From: Rhizaria sp. SCN 62-66 | Lineage: Eukaryota | Direction of reading: 5' to 3' | NCBI GenBank assembly: GCA_001724265.1 | Contig: MEDY01000397.1 | Span: forward strand, 1 to 58,071 | Length of the DNA: 58,071 bases | Shown: in pieces, positions 1-13,010 of the stretch | How positions within the stretch are numbered: the first letter of the stretch is position 1 | How the letters are laid out: each line of letters starts with the position of its first letter | Made by a program: the position numbers and the translations under genes | The notes under the pieces: model-generated | The model's input: only the letters and a program-made list of their open reading frames with translations | What the model was told of the DNA's origin: nothing | The model's database searches: none

Positions 1-474
1 AGCCATGGTGGCCATGAGGCGCTTGTTGGTGTCGAAGTCGAAGGTGAGCTTCGAGTAGTACTTCTCGATGATCTGGCGCGAGGAGCGCTTGACGAGCTTG
101 TTACGAACGCGACCCTGTGAGCCGGGCAGAAACAACAACAGCAGCGGAGCAGCGGGGGTTGTTGAATGGCGAGAGGGCGAGCGAAGAGGCGAGACAAGAG
201 ACACAGGGAAAAGCAAAGAAGAAGGACGTGTGAGGGCGAGTCAAGGCAGAGGGCGTTGGTACGGAGTGGAGTAGAAAGAACAGAGTGGTGTGACATTTAG
301 GAAATATATACCAGGCTCAGATGGAGACATGCGGGTGCATATCGGGTCGGCAAGAGTGGGGAGGATAGAGACTGGCTTCCAGGGAGGAAATAAGACTCGA
401 CCACAGGCCCAAATGCGCGACTGGGAGAGACATGAGTAAAATACAAGGGAAATATAATGCTAAAAACGTACCAT
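1..474 (-). CDS. RPS17: 40S ribosomal protein S17 (eS17), 5' part. Exon 1 = ATG only (474-472), intron 471-115, exon 2 from 114 running off the window start
   Basis: The minus strand reads [39 protein letters not shown], matching the eS17 N-terminus (MGRVRTKTVKK...IIEKYY...DFHTNKR). Splice sites are ATG|gtacgt and cacag|GGT. Confidence 0.95.
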
Positions 475-1357
475 GTTGTTAAACAGAGAACCTGCAGTTG
501 CTGGCAACGGCCGTATTTCGCTTCTCAAGATCGTCTTCAGGGACCGCGGTTCGCAGGCCAGCAGCACCGCGGTGGCCCAAAGTCAAGCCGCAGTAGCCCC
601 AGGCACGGTTCCGAAAAAGTCGCCGAGACTGATGAACTCAGAACAACAATATCTCATTTTGTAGAATAAAACAGACTCGGCTGTTCTTGAAACTGAAGCA
701 TATTCTACTACAAGTACAGAAATACGCGGATTAAAATGTGTTATATGTATCAGGTGTCATATTATGACAGCATCCGCCTTGATCGAGCGCTCTGCTGCTT
801 TTGATGGTTAAATAACGCACACATCACCGCGAAAAGCCCCCGACAAACCATCGGTCAGGCCCCGCAAAGTGCATGTGAGTTGTTTTGTCGTTATTTTTTT
901 AAGTAAAAGGTAAAAAAACAAAAAGAGGAAGTCGCATCCTTACCCCTGCCCTCGAGAGAAATAAAACGAAAAAAGGAAAAGCAGAGCCTTAAAGAGCATT
1001 CAGCTGCTTAGCAAACGGCTAAGAGTTGTGAAAGCGCTCTCAGTGCAAGTCTTACAAAGCTCACAGCAAAGCTAATAGTAATGGAGCTTTGTTGTGGCTC
1101 TGGCAGACTCGAGATAAATATACGACAGGTGCTTTGTGAGGCGTCCTAGTCGCGAGACAAAACGAAGCTGTGACGAAATGTTTTCATACAAATCAATCTA
1201 CAAGCGCGCATCTGGCTCTAATTAGGACCACAAAGCGTTATTTAGTGTTATTGCAGTGTTGTACACTGCTAACATGCTATAAACTAAGGAGAATGTTCTC
1301 CCATACAAAGAAAAGCTCCGTTGAGCGTAGCTCTTGCTTGGACATTAATGAAAGTGC

Positions 1358-2023
1358 TTAGTAGGTGGTGACCTTCTTCTTGGAGCCCTGAGCGGGATCC
1401 CAGCGCTCGTACGCACGGGGGCGGATCTTGACGTCAGCCTTGATGTCGTGGGGACGCGCGATGTAACCGGCGGGGACGTAGTTGGCCTCAGCACCGAGGT
1501 TGGACATCAGAGTCTCCTTGTGGTCAACCTACGAGAAAGAAAAAGCAATAGAAATAAGTATTTGAGAACAATATGTTAGCGCCTAGTGATATATTTTCAC
1601 CTATATGAATTATACGTAGTAAAGCGTGTTATGGTAGAAAGACAGCGATATAGGAGATTACTTGCGCGTATAAATAAGGCGTACCTGGTAGATGGGGTTG
1701 GAGCGAGCCTCCTCGACTGGGGTGGTGTTGGTGGTGTAGTGGAGCCAGTTGTGCCACTCAGGGGGCACGTTAGCACCGTTAACCTCAGTCTTGCGAGTGA
1801 CCTTGGTGTACTCGACCCAGCGGGAGCGCGTGTAGACGTTGTAGTCAGAGCCGTCCTGGTAGTACTTGTTGCCGAACTGGTCCTCGCCCTTGAAGACGCC
1901 CTGGGTGCGGATGCCGTTGTTCAGAAGGTGGTACTTAATGGCGCCCAGAACGCCGGCAGTCTTGATCTTAGACATAACCGACTTGGTGGCCTGCTTCATG
2001 AAGTCCATGGGAAGAACGCTCAT
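1358..2023 (-). CDS. NDUFA12: NADH:ubiquinone oxidoreductase subunit A12 (B17.2). Exons 2023-1685, 1528-1358
   Basis: Motifs GEDQFGNKYY, RSRWVEY and VPPEWHNWLHY. Intron CAG|gtacgc...cgtag|GTT. Ends YERWDP...TTY-TAA. Confidence 0.93.
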
Positions 2024-2827
2024 CCTGGAACGGGACTGCGAGCACGCACGCAGGGAGCAAATGGTTGGTGACGGAAGCGATGGAAAAGACAGCAAAAAGT
2101 GGGCGCAAGAGAAGAGGCGCAGGGAAGCAGATGAGACGCGTGGAGCTATGCGAATATTAGAGGTGATAGAAAAGCGACGGGAAAATTCGGTGAAGCAACT
2201 GCAAATCTGTTTGATGACGACAAGGTGCTGCTTGAGCCCGCAAAGTTGACTGACAAATTGCCTCTTGGCTCAGGCCGGCATAAATACATTTCGACTTTTT
2301 ACGAACACGTCAGATTCCACCACACAAACTTCCCGATCTCACAAAATCGCATCGCATACATCACAAACAAGTCTCCATGATGTATAATTAGCATTATGTG
2401 TGATTTACATGAGAAACGCATATGAGAATAATGTGAATTCTCTATTGACGGATGTTGTGTCTCTGTAGAGCGCTTGGCGACCTCGAACATGGCCTCAACA
2501 CGCTGTTGTCGAGAACAATAGAGTCTACAGACGGTCGACACAGCGTCCACAGGTGGAGGCAGAGTGTCTCGCCACGTTGGCGTAGTGTTTCGCAATATAT
2601 ATAAGTTGCAGATATGCAACTTTGAAAATAATATACGCCCCTATGTGCCTCGAGACGCACAACCTGAGACTGAAGAGGACCTCGGCGTCGAGCTTTACAG
2701 CCGTCACTAGGGTGACCATGGAGTTTTCACGCATATTCTCACCATAGCATTATCTCTTACAAGCGTCGCACTCATTTTTGTTTGCTTCCTTTCACTGCAG
2801 CTGTAAGTCACAGCAGCATCCTTACTA

Positions 2828-4077
2828 ATGTCCTCAGTCGCAAACGCAAGCAGCGCCGAAGCAACTCCTTCAACAAACCCCACTGCCCCGACCACAGCAA
2901 CCACGGCCGCGAATGTGGAGCACTTCGACGTATTGACCCCTTCTGGCGCTCTTACTGGCGTCTCCAAGCCGCGCCCTTGGGTGCACAGGGACGGAGACTG
3001 GCACGGATGCGTTCACGTGTGGGTCTACGATGCAGACACTGACTCCGTACGTACATATCTCCATTTATAATGCTTAAGACAAACGCATCATTATGTAATG
3101 CGCCACTCAATTATTGACTAGTTAACCTAATATAACATGTCTGGTTTTTGTTTTGTTATATATAGGTCTTAGTGCAATATCGTGTTCCTACGAAAGACAC
3201 ATGGGGAGGGTTCTGGGATGTCTCATGCGCGGGGTACGCAAAAATCACCCCATCATTCACTTATATATTCTTAGGATCGAATGAAATTTAACTAACGCAT
3301 GGATAATATAATATTCTCACTGTATATTTTTAATCTGTGTTGATTCGCGTGCGTATATATAGACATATCTCGGCTGGTGAGACCGCAGATCCGAGCGCCC
3401 TGCGTGAGCTTGAAGAGGAGCTCGGCCTTGCTATCGAGCCGGCGAGCGCTCTTGAATTCACTGGGCGGTTACCCCAAACCCACATGCTACCTGTCACGAG
3501 TACCCGTGCGTCCGCGGTGTTTGACCGCGAGTACGCGTCTCTCTACCTCTGCCGCTATAACAACAATAGGACCAACTACGACGGCACTGAGGCCAACGAG
3601 TCATTGTTAGGCAAGGCTCCGAAAGTGACTGATTTGACACTGCAGCCTTCTGAGGTTGCAGCTGCTCGTTGGGTCCCCTTAGCTGTTCTCACACGCGTCT
3701 ATTGCGCTGATGTCACATCAAAATGTGATCACAACAACAACAACATTAACAACACGAGCGAAAGCAACACAGATGCTGTTGATGCCCTCTTGTTAGGCTG
3801 CCCCTGCGGTGGTTCCTGTGGCTGTCTCTCAAGTATCTCTGGCACGGACGTCAAGCCGCCGCGCGTACGCCCTTGCGCGGCCGAACGCGTGGGTCTCGTG
3901 CCCTTAGACGCGCCGGCACGGTACTTATCCGCCGCGTTCCCCGGCTTAACTTCCGCGCAGAAGACAGTCACGACTGCATTGCAGTCTGCATAGCCACGCG
4001 AGCCTACGCAAGAGGATGTGTGGTGGTTTAGGGCACCGACAGAGGAAGAGTTGGAGGCCGCTAAGTCCAAAGCATAA
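2828..4077 (+). CDS. Nudix hydrolase (IDI-like / plant NUDT3-like). Exons 2828-3046, 3166-3233, 3363-4077; in-frame TAG at 3991-3993
   Basis: The spliced product gives VHRDGDWHGCVHVWV...KDTWGGFWDVSCAGHISAGETADPSALRELEEELGL (Nudix box). Both introns are gtacgy...ag. Coding-like sequence continues 27 codons past the TAG to TAA at 4075-4077. Confidence 0.85.
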
Positions 4078-4594
4078 GTGCAACAGCTTCATAACAGTGA
4101 ATGGCTTGCTGACTGGACATAGCGCTTCAAGTCGTCAAAGTGGGATTTAACAAACATAATCGCGCCAAGAAACACATTAATGTCTGTCATACCGTGTATA
4201 TAACTGGAATAACTTGATATCTAGAATTTTAATGCTATACCTACGAAATACAAATAGTTATTGCTTGACTTCACCTGAAGTGACTGCTACAGGCGGTTTC
4301 GCGAGTCGAGCCCTTCTGCTTGCCCTCATTCGCCAGTCAGACCTGATCGACTCTGACCGTCAGATCAAATTCCCTATTAATCCCAGATAAAAAGCATGGT
4401 TTTTAACATGTCCTCAATTTCATTTCTCATCAAGTCATTTCCACATACCACGATTCATCTTAATCGCTCACCCACGTCCCCAGTTCCCTCCAGCGCCCGC
4501 TTGCCTGCGCGCCCTCCCCAGCCCCACCCAGCGCTTGCTTCTCTCTGCTTTCCCCTCGCCGACCTTCCGTCGCGCGTGTTCTTTTCTGCGCATT

Positions 4595-7500
4595 ATGCCG
4601 ATGGACAAATTTTGCTACATCTGCGGCCGTGGCTTCGGCAAGGCTTCCATCGCTATCCACGTCCCCAAGTGCCAGGAGAAACACTTGCTCCACATGGCTA
4701 CCTTGCATCCGTCTGAGCGCCGTCCGCTGCCGCAGATGCCGCCCGGGTACGAGCGCAACGTTCTTGGCATTAAGCCCGACCCCTCGACGCTCCCGCAAAA
4801 GGGCGCCGGTGGTGGCAGCGGCGGCGGCGGCGGCGGCGGCTACGGCGATGACAACCGCGCCCTCGGCTCTGGCTCTGGCTCTGGTTCTGAGCCATATGAC
4901 TCGTCCAACGTCATCTATACCGCTGGCACACCCTGTGGCATTTGCGGCCGCATGTTTGGCTTTGACCGAGTCGCCCGCCACGAAAAGGCATGCAAGCAAA
5001 CCCCGGCTCTGAAACGCGGTGCGGGCGCAATCGCAAAGCAGTATATCGAACCCATGCAGGTACGTCTACTTTTGTGAACAAATCTCATAATGTGAATTGC
5101 CTAATGTGAATTGCTTTCTTTTTTATGTTATACCTTGAACTTAACTTTGTTTCTCTTTATTCGCGATCTACACGCTCACCTTCGTCCAATTTCCACACCT
5201 CAGCAGCAGCAAGTCGCGCGTCAAATGGAGCACGTCCTAGCACAACACGGCCTTGCCCCACGCTCTCCTCAGCCCCCCAGCAGCAACGACTCTGGCTACG
5301 GTTACGGCTCTGGCGCTGGCCCCCGCAGCGCCGCCGCCCGTTTCCGTGAAAGCAACAACAATAACAATAACGGCAGCGATGGATGCAACTCAGGTGATTT
5401 CTCTCCTGCGCCCCCGTCCGCCTCTCAACGCCCCGCACCCAACATGCTCCCTCACAAAATCGGCGGCGGCAGCGGTGGTGGCAGCTCAAAGAGCGAGAAG
5501 CGTGCCGAGTTCTTAGCCGCAATGCGCAGCGCTAAGGCCGTCACAGCCCACCTCAAAGCCGGCGGCTCTCTACAAGACCTGCCGCCGCCGCCGCCGTCGA
5601 AGCCCCGGGAGGACTTGACCCCGTGTCCGCACTGCGGCCGTCGGTTCGGAGACGAAGCCGCTGCGAGGCACATCCCCAAGTGCCAGAACACGGTCAATAA
5701 GCCCCGGCCGCCACCGCACTTGCGGTCGGCGCGCGATCAGGTACGCGAAATTTACTCTCTTTAAAACATGTAAAACCACTCTAAAGCAACGATATATCTC
5801 ACTACAACTGTGATTCCACACCGTAATGCTTAATTGTAGTGTATTTATGTGTTGTATCAGTTCAGCTTTGATTTGAGTTTATCTCCGTGCTTATATCCCG
5901 CTATTGGTGTGTTTCTTTGCTTGTTTTTGTATTGCTATAGGCTTATGGCTCCGGCTTCGGTGGCGGTGGCGGCATCGGCTACACAGCAACTCAAGGTGCA
6001 CGCGGCGCCCAAGCGCTGAACAACAACACTGCGAATGATCTCTACGCTAACTACAGCTCCAGTGGATGTAACAACAATAATAACCATAGCAGCAGTGAAG
6101 CACCGACCCAGCGCTCCCACTACAACACCACCACGACCAACAACGCGAGTAATGTCAGCAAATACACTGCTCAACTGACCGGCGGCGGTGGCGGCGGTCG
6201 GCAGCCGATGCCCCCTTCCCGTGGAGTCGGACCCATGAGTACTAGTGGTGGGGGACCCATGGGTTCCCCAGGTGTCCGCCGCGTGGCGACTCAGGGTGCC
6301 GGTGCAACTCCAACCAAAGCCACAGCTATCGGACAGCATCAACAGCAGCCACATCGGCGTGCGGCGGCGACGGCGACGGTGACGGAAGGCGCTGAGGAGA
6401 TTGACAACTACGGCAATGATAACTATAGTAATGATCCGTATAATGGGAACTATGGTCAGCAGTCTCGCTCTGGCCCGGCGACCAACTGGAATGGCAATAG
6501 TCAGAACAACAATAGCGGAGTCAATAGCAGCGGGGGCAACAGGTGGCCTGGCGCTGGGGCCGCCAGTGCTGTCGGCGGCGGTTATAACAACAATCACAAT
6601 AACAATGCGACTATGCGGGGATATAACACCGATGCTGACATGCAGACGCAGCGTGGCCGCGCTTTCGCCACTGCGGGCGCTGCTGCCGCGGGCATGGGCG
6701 GTGGCAACAACAGTCTCAGCTCTGCTGGGGCGCTCAACAGGTCTGCGGTACGTCTCAATCACGAAATCGCATATATATATATATATATCAATTTTATCTT
6801 GATCGGTGACATTGAAACGCAACTTACAACTGGAGCATGTATAATTCAAGTTATATGCTGAATATACTCTCACTAGGTGTTGATGTCGCCTATTTTTCAT
6901 GAAATATGTTTTGTGTTTGCAGACGACTCGTGCCGCAGTGCAACGAGTGCGCTCACAGTCTCAGCCCCGCCGCGCCGCCGCCCCCCTGGCCGGCCGTCCT
7001 GCGTGGCGTGACACCGCTGATACCGCCGGCTCTGGCTTTGACTCCGGTTCGGGCTCTACTATGGGCGGAGGCGGGGGCGGCGGAGGCGGCTTAGCTGCCT
7101 CGAGTGACCGTGAGCGCGCGCGCTTGACCCGAATGATGGAAGCACACGACCGCCGCCAAGGACTTCTCACTAGTAATAACAATAACAACAATGCGAGTGT
7201 AAGTGGAGGGGGACATGCTGGTGTAAGTAGGCCCGCCGCCGCCGCCGCTGCGGACCCGTGGGCACCGGTTCCCCGGTCGCAGACTATGCGGCAACGTATG
7301 TATGATGAGCATTACAGCAACAGTGGCCACGGCGGCTCTCTGGGCGGCGGCGCTGGCCCCGGCGGCGCGGCTGCTCTTAGCCACAACAGCAATAACAACA
7401 TCGGTGGTGGTGGTGGTGGCGGCGGCGGCGGTGGTGGTTCAGGTGGTGGTTTAGGCGGAATTGGCCGGGGACCGTCTAGCCTCGGTCCTGGTATGATTCC

Positions 7501-7668
7501 CCGCCAAAGTACTATGCACAACACGCCCACAGGTCACCCCATGAGTTCCTCTGGCAATAATAATAGTAGTAGTTCTTCGATGTATAGCGCCGAGTCAATG
7601 CAGGCTTTGCACAACGCGCGCGCTGCACAGCAAAACGCCGGGTTTGGCTCGCCACATAGGGCCAGTAT

Positions 7669-7702
<34 letters not shown>

Positions 7703-7969
7703 TTAGCTTCTGGGTGGAGCGGCCGACCTGGCCCTAGCAACAGCGGCAGCGGTGGAAATGCCTTCCCTGGTCAAAACATGAGCGGCGGCGGTGGTGGTAG
7801 CAGCTTCGCAACCCCACCTCGCCCTTCTGGCGGTGGTGGTGCGTTTGGCGGTTACGGCGCCGGCGGCAGTGTTGCCTCACAGCAGCAACAGCAGGCGCAG
7901 TCAGCGGGGCCTGTGCGGAGGACGGGGACGCACCGCACGTCGACCGGCGAGTATGGGAACTTTTACTGA
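4595..7969 (+). CDS. C2HC-type zinc-finger protein (zf-C2HC_2 / ZC2HC1-like) with a Gly/Asn-rich tail. Exons 4595-5059, ~5204-5740, 5941-6747, 6923-7969
   Basis: Three fingers: CYICGRGF...HVPKC, CGICGRMF...HEKAC and CPHCGRRF...HIPKC. Three gtacgy introns keep the frame. TGA stop. The first acceptor is a CAGCAGCAG run, so its exact position is ambiguous. Confidence 0.8.
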
Positions 7970-8308
7970 GAAGGGATATAGCGCGCGGCTGTATCGTCCA
8001 AGCGAGATTTTAATTATTGAATTAAGTTGTATTTGGACTGATTTAGACTAACATTGTGCTGTGGTGTGTTTTTGTTGTGAATTGAATCACCTTTTGAGCT
8101 GTTTGTGAAAGGCAGTCAGTTTGTGTGTGACCACGATTTATTTTTCAAGTTGCAGAGCAGCCATACAAAATCAAGTTTGTTCTTCAATCAACTTTAGCAC
8201 CGAAACGTGCCCGACATAAGAAAATTCAAATCAACAATTCTGAACGATACGCACTATATTTGCTAAACTTGCACCCCACGCTCTCTGCTTCGATTGCTTT
8301 CCCAGCAT

Positions 8309-11300
8309 ATGTCGCAGCCAACGGCCAAGAGGCCGCGGGTTGCCTCAGCGAAGCCAGTCCCTGCTTCCTCGCCCGCGGCTCCCACGCGAACGCCTCTGTC
8401 AAAGCCTTCCGCTAACACTAACACGTTTTCTTCGGCTTCAGTGACCGTTCTGCGCCCTTCGCGCCGCGCCGCTGCGACAGTAAAGCCTTCTCCTCGCGCT
8501 TCCACTGCGGTGACAGCAGGACAAGAGAACGACGTGTATGAGCCTCCTTCCGACCTCTCTGAGTCGACCAGCACTAACGCATCTTCAGCCACAGCATCGA
8601 CCGAAAACTCCTCGACAGCCAAGGCACTTAAAGCCGCCAGTGCAGGCTCGGGCTCGCTTTTGCTTCGGCCTCAGACCACCGACAGTGCCAAGCCCCTCTC
8701 AACCACTGCGAGCAAGAAAGCCACCACTGCCGCCACCGCCGCCGCTGCCGCTGCCGCTGCCTCTGGGGCAGCAGTGCAGCAGCAGCAGCAGCAGTCGGAG
8801 GTGGCGCCCGCGTTGTTTAGCGCGTCGCATCAGCGCTACTACGCAGGCCGCGCCGCCCTGAGTCTCAACGCCGCATCAGCCGCCGCCGCCAACACAGCCA
8901 ACACGCACACTCACACTCACGCTCGCAATCAAACTCACGCAAACTTAAACCATAACAGCGTTAGCAATGGAGGTAACGCAAGTGCCGCTCTGAGCCTCTT
9001 ACGCGTCAACACTGGTAACATCAACATCAGCCTCAACACGGGTACTGGTACCGGTGGCCGCATGTCACCCATCGGAGTAGGTGGTTTGGCTTCCGGCGGC
9101 GGCTTACCTTCCTTTTCGAGCGGCCTAACTTCCGCTGGACCTGTTCGTGGCAGTCTCCGTACACTTCGTCCTCTCCCCCAACTGCAACAACAGCAGCAGC
9201 AGCAGCAGTAGCAGCAGCAGTCTCAGCAACACCAACAACTGCGACAGCAATCGCAGGTGCTGTCACTGCCACAGTCCCCCGGTGCGTTGCGCGTGCTTTT
9301 GCAGGGAACACGGGCGCAAAACGCGGCTCTCGCGGTTCAGGCCACTGCAGCTGCGCGGGGCGCACAGGCGCTGGCGCTACGGCTTAAGACGATGGACGCG
9401 GCGTCGAAGCAAAAGGACATTGCGATTGCACTGCTGCGCTCGCAAAGCACCAACGGCAGTGTAAGTGGCGGTGCGTGCTGTAATGATGTTCAGGAGCGTT
9501 GTGTGGCGCTGGAGAGTAAGTGTGCAGCCTTAGAGGCCCAACTTGAAGAGAAATCACTCCAAGTCACGCATCTTCAAGCCCGACTTCAAGTTCTTGAAGG
9601 AACGCAACTACAGCAACAACAAGCACAGCTACCCAGTACTCATGCTACTCCGGCTGTTGTACAATCCCAGCGCTCACGGTCACAACGCGCACAGACACCG
9701 TCAGTTGCGCATGCTACTGCGACCCACAACGACAATAGCATTAGCTCTAATAACAACAACAGCAGTAGCCTTAGTAGCAGCATTGGCACCAACAGCAGCA
9801 ACAGCAGCATCACAAGCAGTCTCGTTAGCAACAACAGCACCAGCGTTACGAGCAATGAAGACAACCCCGCTCTCCTGCGCGCGGCCCTTGTCGCCGCCCT
9901 CGCCGACGCCGCCGTCGCCCGCGCCGGCGCCAGTGACCGCGAGTCGCGGCTACGGGCGAGCGTGGCCGCGGCCGAGGCCGCCACTGCAGTCGCGGCGGCG
10001 GCAGCGGCGGGGGGCTGTCATCGCAGAGACTGAGACTAAGTACAAGGCTACTGAGGCTGATGCTGATGCTGAGGCTGAGACTGGAGACACGGTTTGTGCT
10101 GCTGTTGCAGTTGCTCCAGTTGTGGAGAAGACGTCTAAAGACAAGGGTTCGAAACGTAGCCTCTTTTCTAAGGTTGTCGCTGAGACTGAGGGTGTGACTG
10201 TAAGTCCCCTTGGTGGCGGTGCAAGTACCATTAGTGGTGTAAGTGCCAATGCTTGCCGTCGTAGCAGTCGTCGTCCGGGTATGAACGCAAGCGGCTCTAG
10301 TGAAATCTCCAGTGCGAGTGCAAGTGCGACTGCCAGTGCAAATTCGAATGCTGATGCTGTTGACTTCGGCGTTGATGCTGATGCTGGCGCTGGGCCGGTT
10401 GATGTTGACGTCGACAGCATGATTGCCAACGCACTCGCTGCGGCGGCCGCTGCCTCTGTCGCAAGCACGAGCCCCGACCGCAGCCATCGCAACAACAGCA
10501 ATGACAACAGCAATGACAACAGCGTTGACAGCAATAACGCGCATGGCCGTGAGCAGTTGGATGGCTACGATGGTAATGCGGCTTTTGCTGGCATCGGTTG
10601 CATTGTGACTCGCAACTTGAACACCGTGTTCTCCCAAGCTCAGAACAACAACATCAACATCAACAAAAAAAACAGTAGCAGCAGCATCAACTCTATCTCA
10701 GGCGCGAGCTCTAGCTCGAGTGCAGACGCTGCTGCCGCTGCCGTTGCTACTGCCACCGCCGCTGCCGCTGCTGCTGCTGTTGCTGCCACTGTTGTTGTTG
10801 TTGGTGCCAGCGATGCCCCGACTCGTGGCCGCAAGAGCACGCGCGCGGCTCTAGCTGCGAGGAAGTCAAGCCGTGTTGACACAAAGTCAAGCCGTGCTGA
10901 GCTGATGTTAAGCCGCCGCGCGACTCGCAGTAGCCAGCGCCGCCAGATGACCGACACCGATACCGATGACGGCGACGACGACAGCAATGATGCTAACAAC
11001 TACGCTCTCATTCCTCGCCTGAATGAGAACGAACATGATGACAACAACAATGATGATGATGATGATGATGATGATGACGCGTATTAGGTAAACCGGCCTC
11101 GTATCAGCAACAGCAGGCGCAACATCGGCAGCCGCGGTTTCACCGGCCGCGTCATCGACGGCAGCCGCACCCGCAGTTGCACCAGCACTGTGAACCCACG
11201 CGGCGGCGTCGGCCGCAATACTCTTGCTGGCACCGCCGCCAACGGCTATACGACACCAGTGCGCCGCGCACAGTCATTGCCACTGCCAATCAACCGTGAC

Positions 11301-12272
11301 TCCAATGTCAACGCACCGAACGCGCCCACTGCGACTGCGGCTGTGGCTGCTGAGGCTGGGGCTGAGTTTGAGACGGAAAGCGTGGCCGTGACCGTGAGCG
11401 TCAGTGAGCTGCGGCGGCGGCGCTGTCTGTGGGCGCCGCAACGCCGCGTCACTCACTCTCACTCTAAGACGGACGCTTTCTCGGTGCAGTCACATGGGGT
11501 GACGCCGCTTCGCTTAACAAATCCCGTTTCCACTGCTGCCACAGCCGCTGCGAGCGTTGTGCCCTCGCTATCACCGCTGCCAAAGCAACCGGCACTGCAA
11601 AGTCAAAACCAGCAACAGTACAGAGCAACGAGTTACCGTAGGCAGAGCGACAGCGCGCAGAGGGACCAGCGTGAAATGGCTGCGATGCTTGTGTTTCACT
11701 ACTGGAGCTGTGGCCACAGTGAAAACTACGATAACAGCAACAACGGCAACCGCCTCACCCGCAGCAGCAGCTGTGACGGCGACAACGGTAGCAGCGGTGG
11801 GGATGTTGACTGTCGCTGCGACGCAGTATCAGCAGCGACCGCGCAGGCTCTGCAGCTGCCATTACCCTCGGCAGCTTTGCTAGCAGCAACAGCAGCTCAA
11901 ACGCAAGTTTGGGCGGACGCACTTGCGCAGTCACTCGCGCAAACAGGACACACACAGTCAAGTAGCGGCACGAGTTCAACTGCGCATGTCACTGCAAGCC
12001 CATTCTTAGACTCAGATAATCGCGATAACGCAAGCGTGTCAGCCACCGCAGCTGTGAACACAACTGCGAGCGCGAGTGCATGCGGCAACGACGCCAACAG
12101 TGTCGATGGCCGTGACGCTACCAGCGACAACGGCGATGCAAAGTTGTGGCTGCCGCAATGGGTGCAGCGACAGTGGTTGCCGTTGCCGCTGCAGCTGCAA
12201 CTGCAGTCTCTCCAAGAGCAACAACAACTGAAAAGCCCAAACCTCACAACTGCAGCGGCAACAGAGGCGTAA
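8309..12272 (+). CDS. Large low-complexity / coiled-coil hypothetical protein. In-frame TAGs at 9209-9211 and 11085-11087; apparent frameshift at the G6 run 10009-10014
   Basis: ORFs 8294-9211 and 9257-10033 are in the same frame and joined by a TAG inside poly-CAG. ORFs 9543-11087 and 11190-12272 are in the same frame and joined by TAG. Heptad segment ERCVALESKCAALEAQLEEKSLQVTHLQARLQVLE. Coding-like composition is continuous. TAA stop. Confidence 0.65.
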
Positions 12273-13010
12273 ACAGCCTCCATGACAAAAACTAGATTTA
12301 TACATTTGAGTAACGTAACACTACTCAATCATACTTCAATATCTACCGTCCAATCTACATATAATAGTATCGTCAATATCCAGTGAAATGTTCTTTGTAA
12401 ATACAATACAGCATCTTAATCATACAAATCAACCCAGATATCACCGCTCATCACCAGGTATCAGCGAAGATTAATAGTCAGCTTACGACAACCACACACA
12501 AGCGTACTAATACATGTACATGTACTCTGAATACGCTTTCGAGGCGCAACAAGCATGAGCGCTGCGCAATTTTACATCGATCTTGTTGGCGAATGTTCGC
12601 AAACAGGTGCAGTTTTGTTATTGCTTAACTGTAAGGTTTATGTTTATTGCTGGTCATCCCATAAGATCAATGCAACGCCGCATTGCGTGGTCCGGGGAAC
12701 CTTGAGTTTTGTTAATTGTGTTTCATGTTGTTCAATTGCGTTGCTATCGATCGAGCACGCAACGTTAAATACTACTTATATACGAATAAAATGTTATCAA
12801 TGCTATCATCATTTCCACAACTTATCAACCCTGCTTGAGTTTGGCTCTGATTAAGTGCTTGAAAGAGTAGGCCTCATCGTCATGTATCATCACGCTCTCG
12901 GCATGTTGACCTCGATGATATGCTTATAGAGCCTTCAAGCAGTCCTCATTGGTCAATACGCGAATTCAAGAGTGGTGAGCTTTTGCTGCGATACTAAGTA
13001 CTGTTCGCAC

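Noticed and set aside
10031-10039. TGA readthrough (Sec/Trp) at the end of ORF 9257-10033
   Set aside because: A TAA follows two codons later, and coding continues in another frame from the G6 run. A frameshift explains it better.
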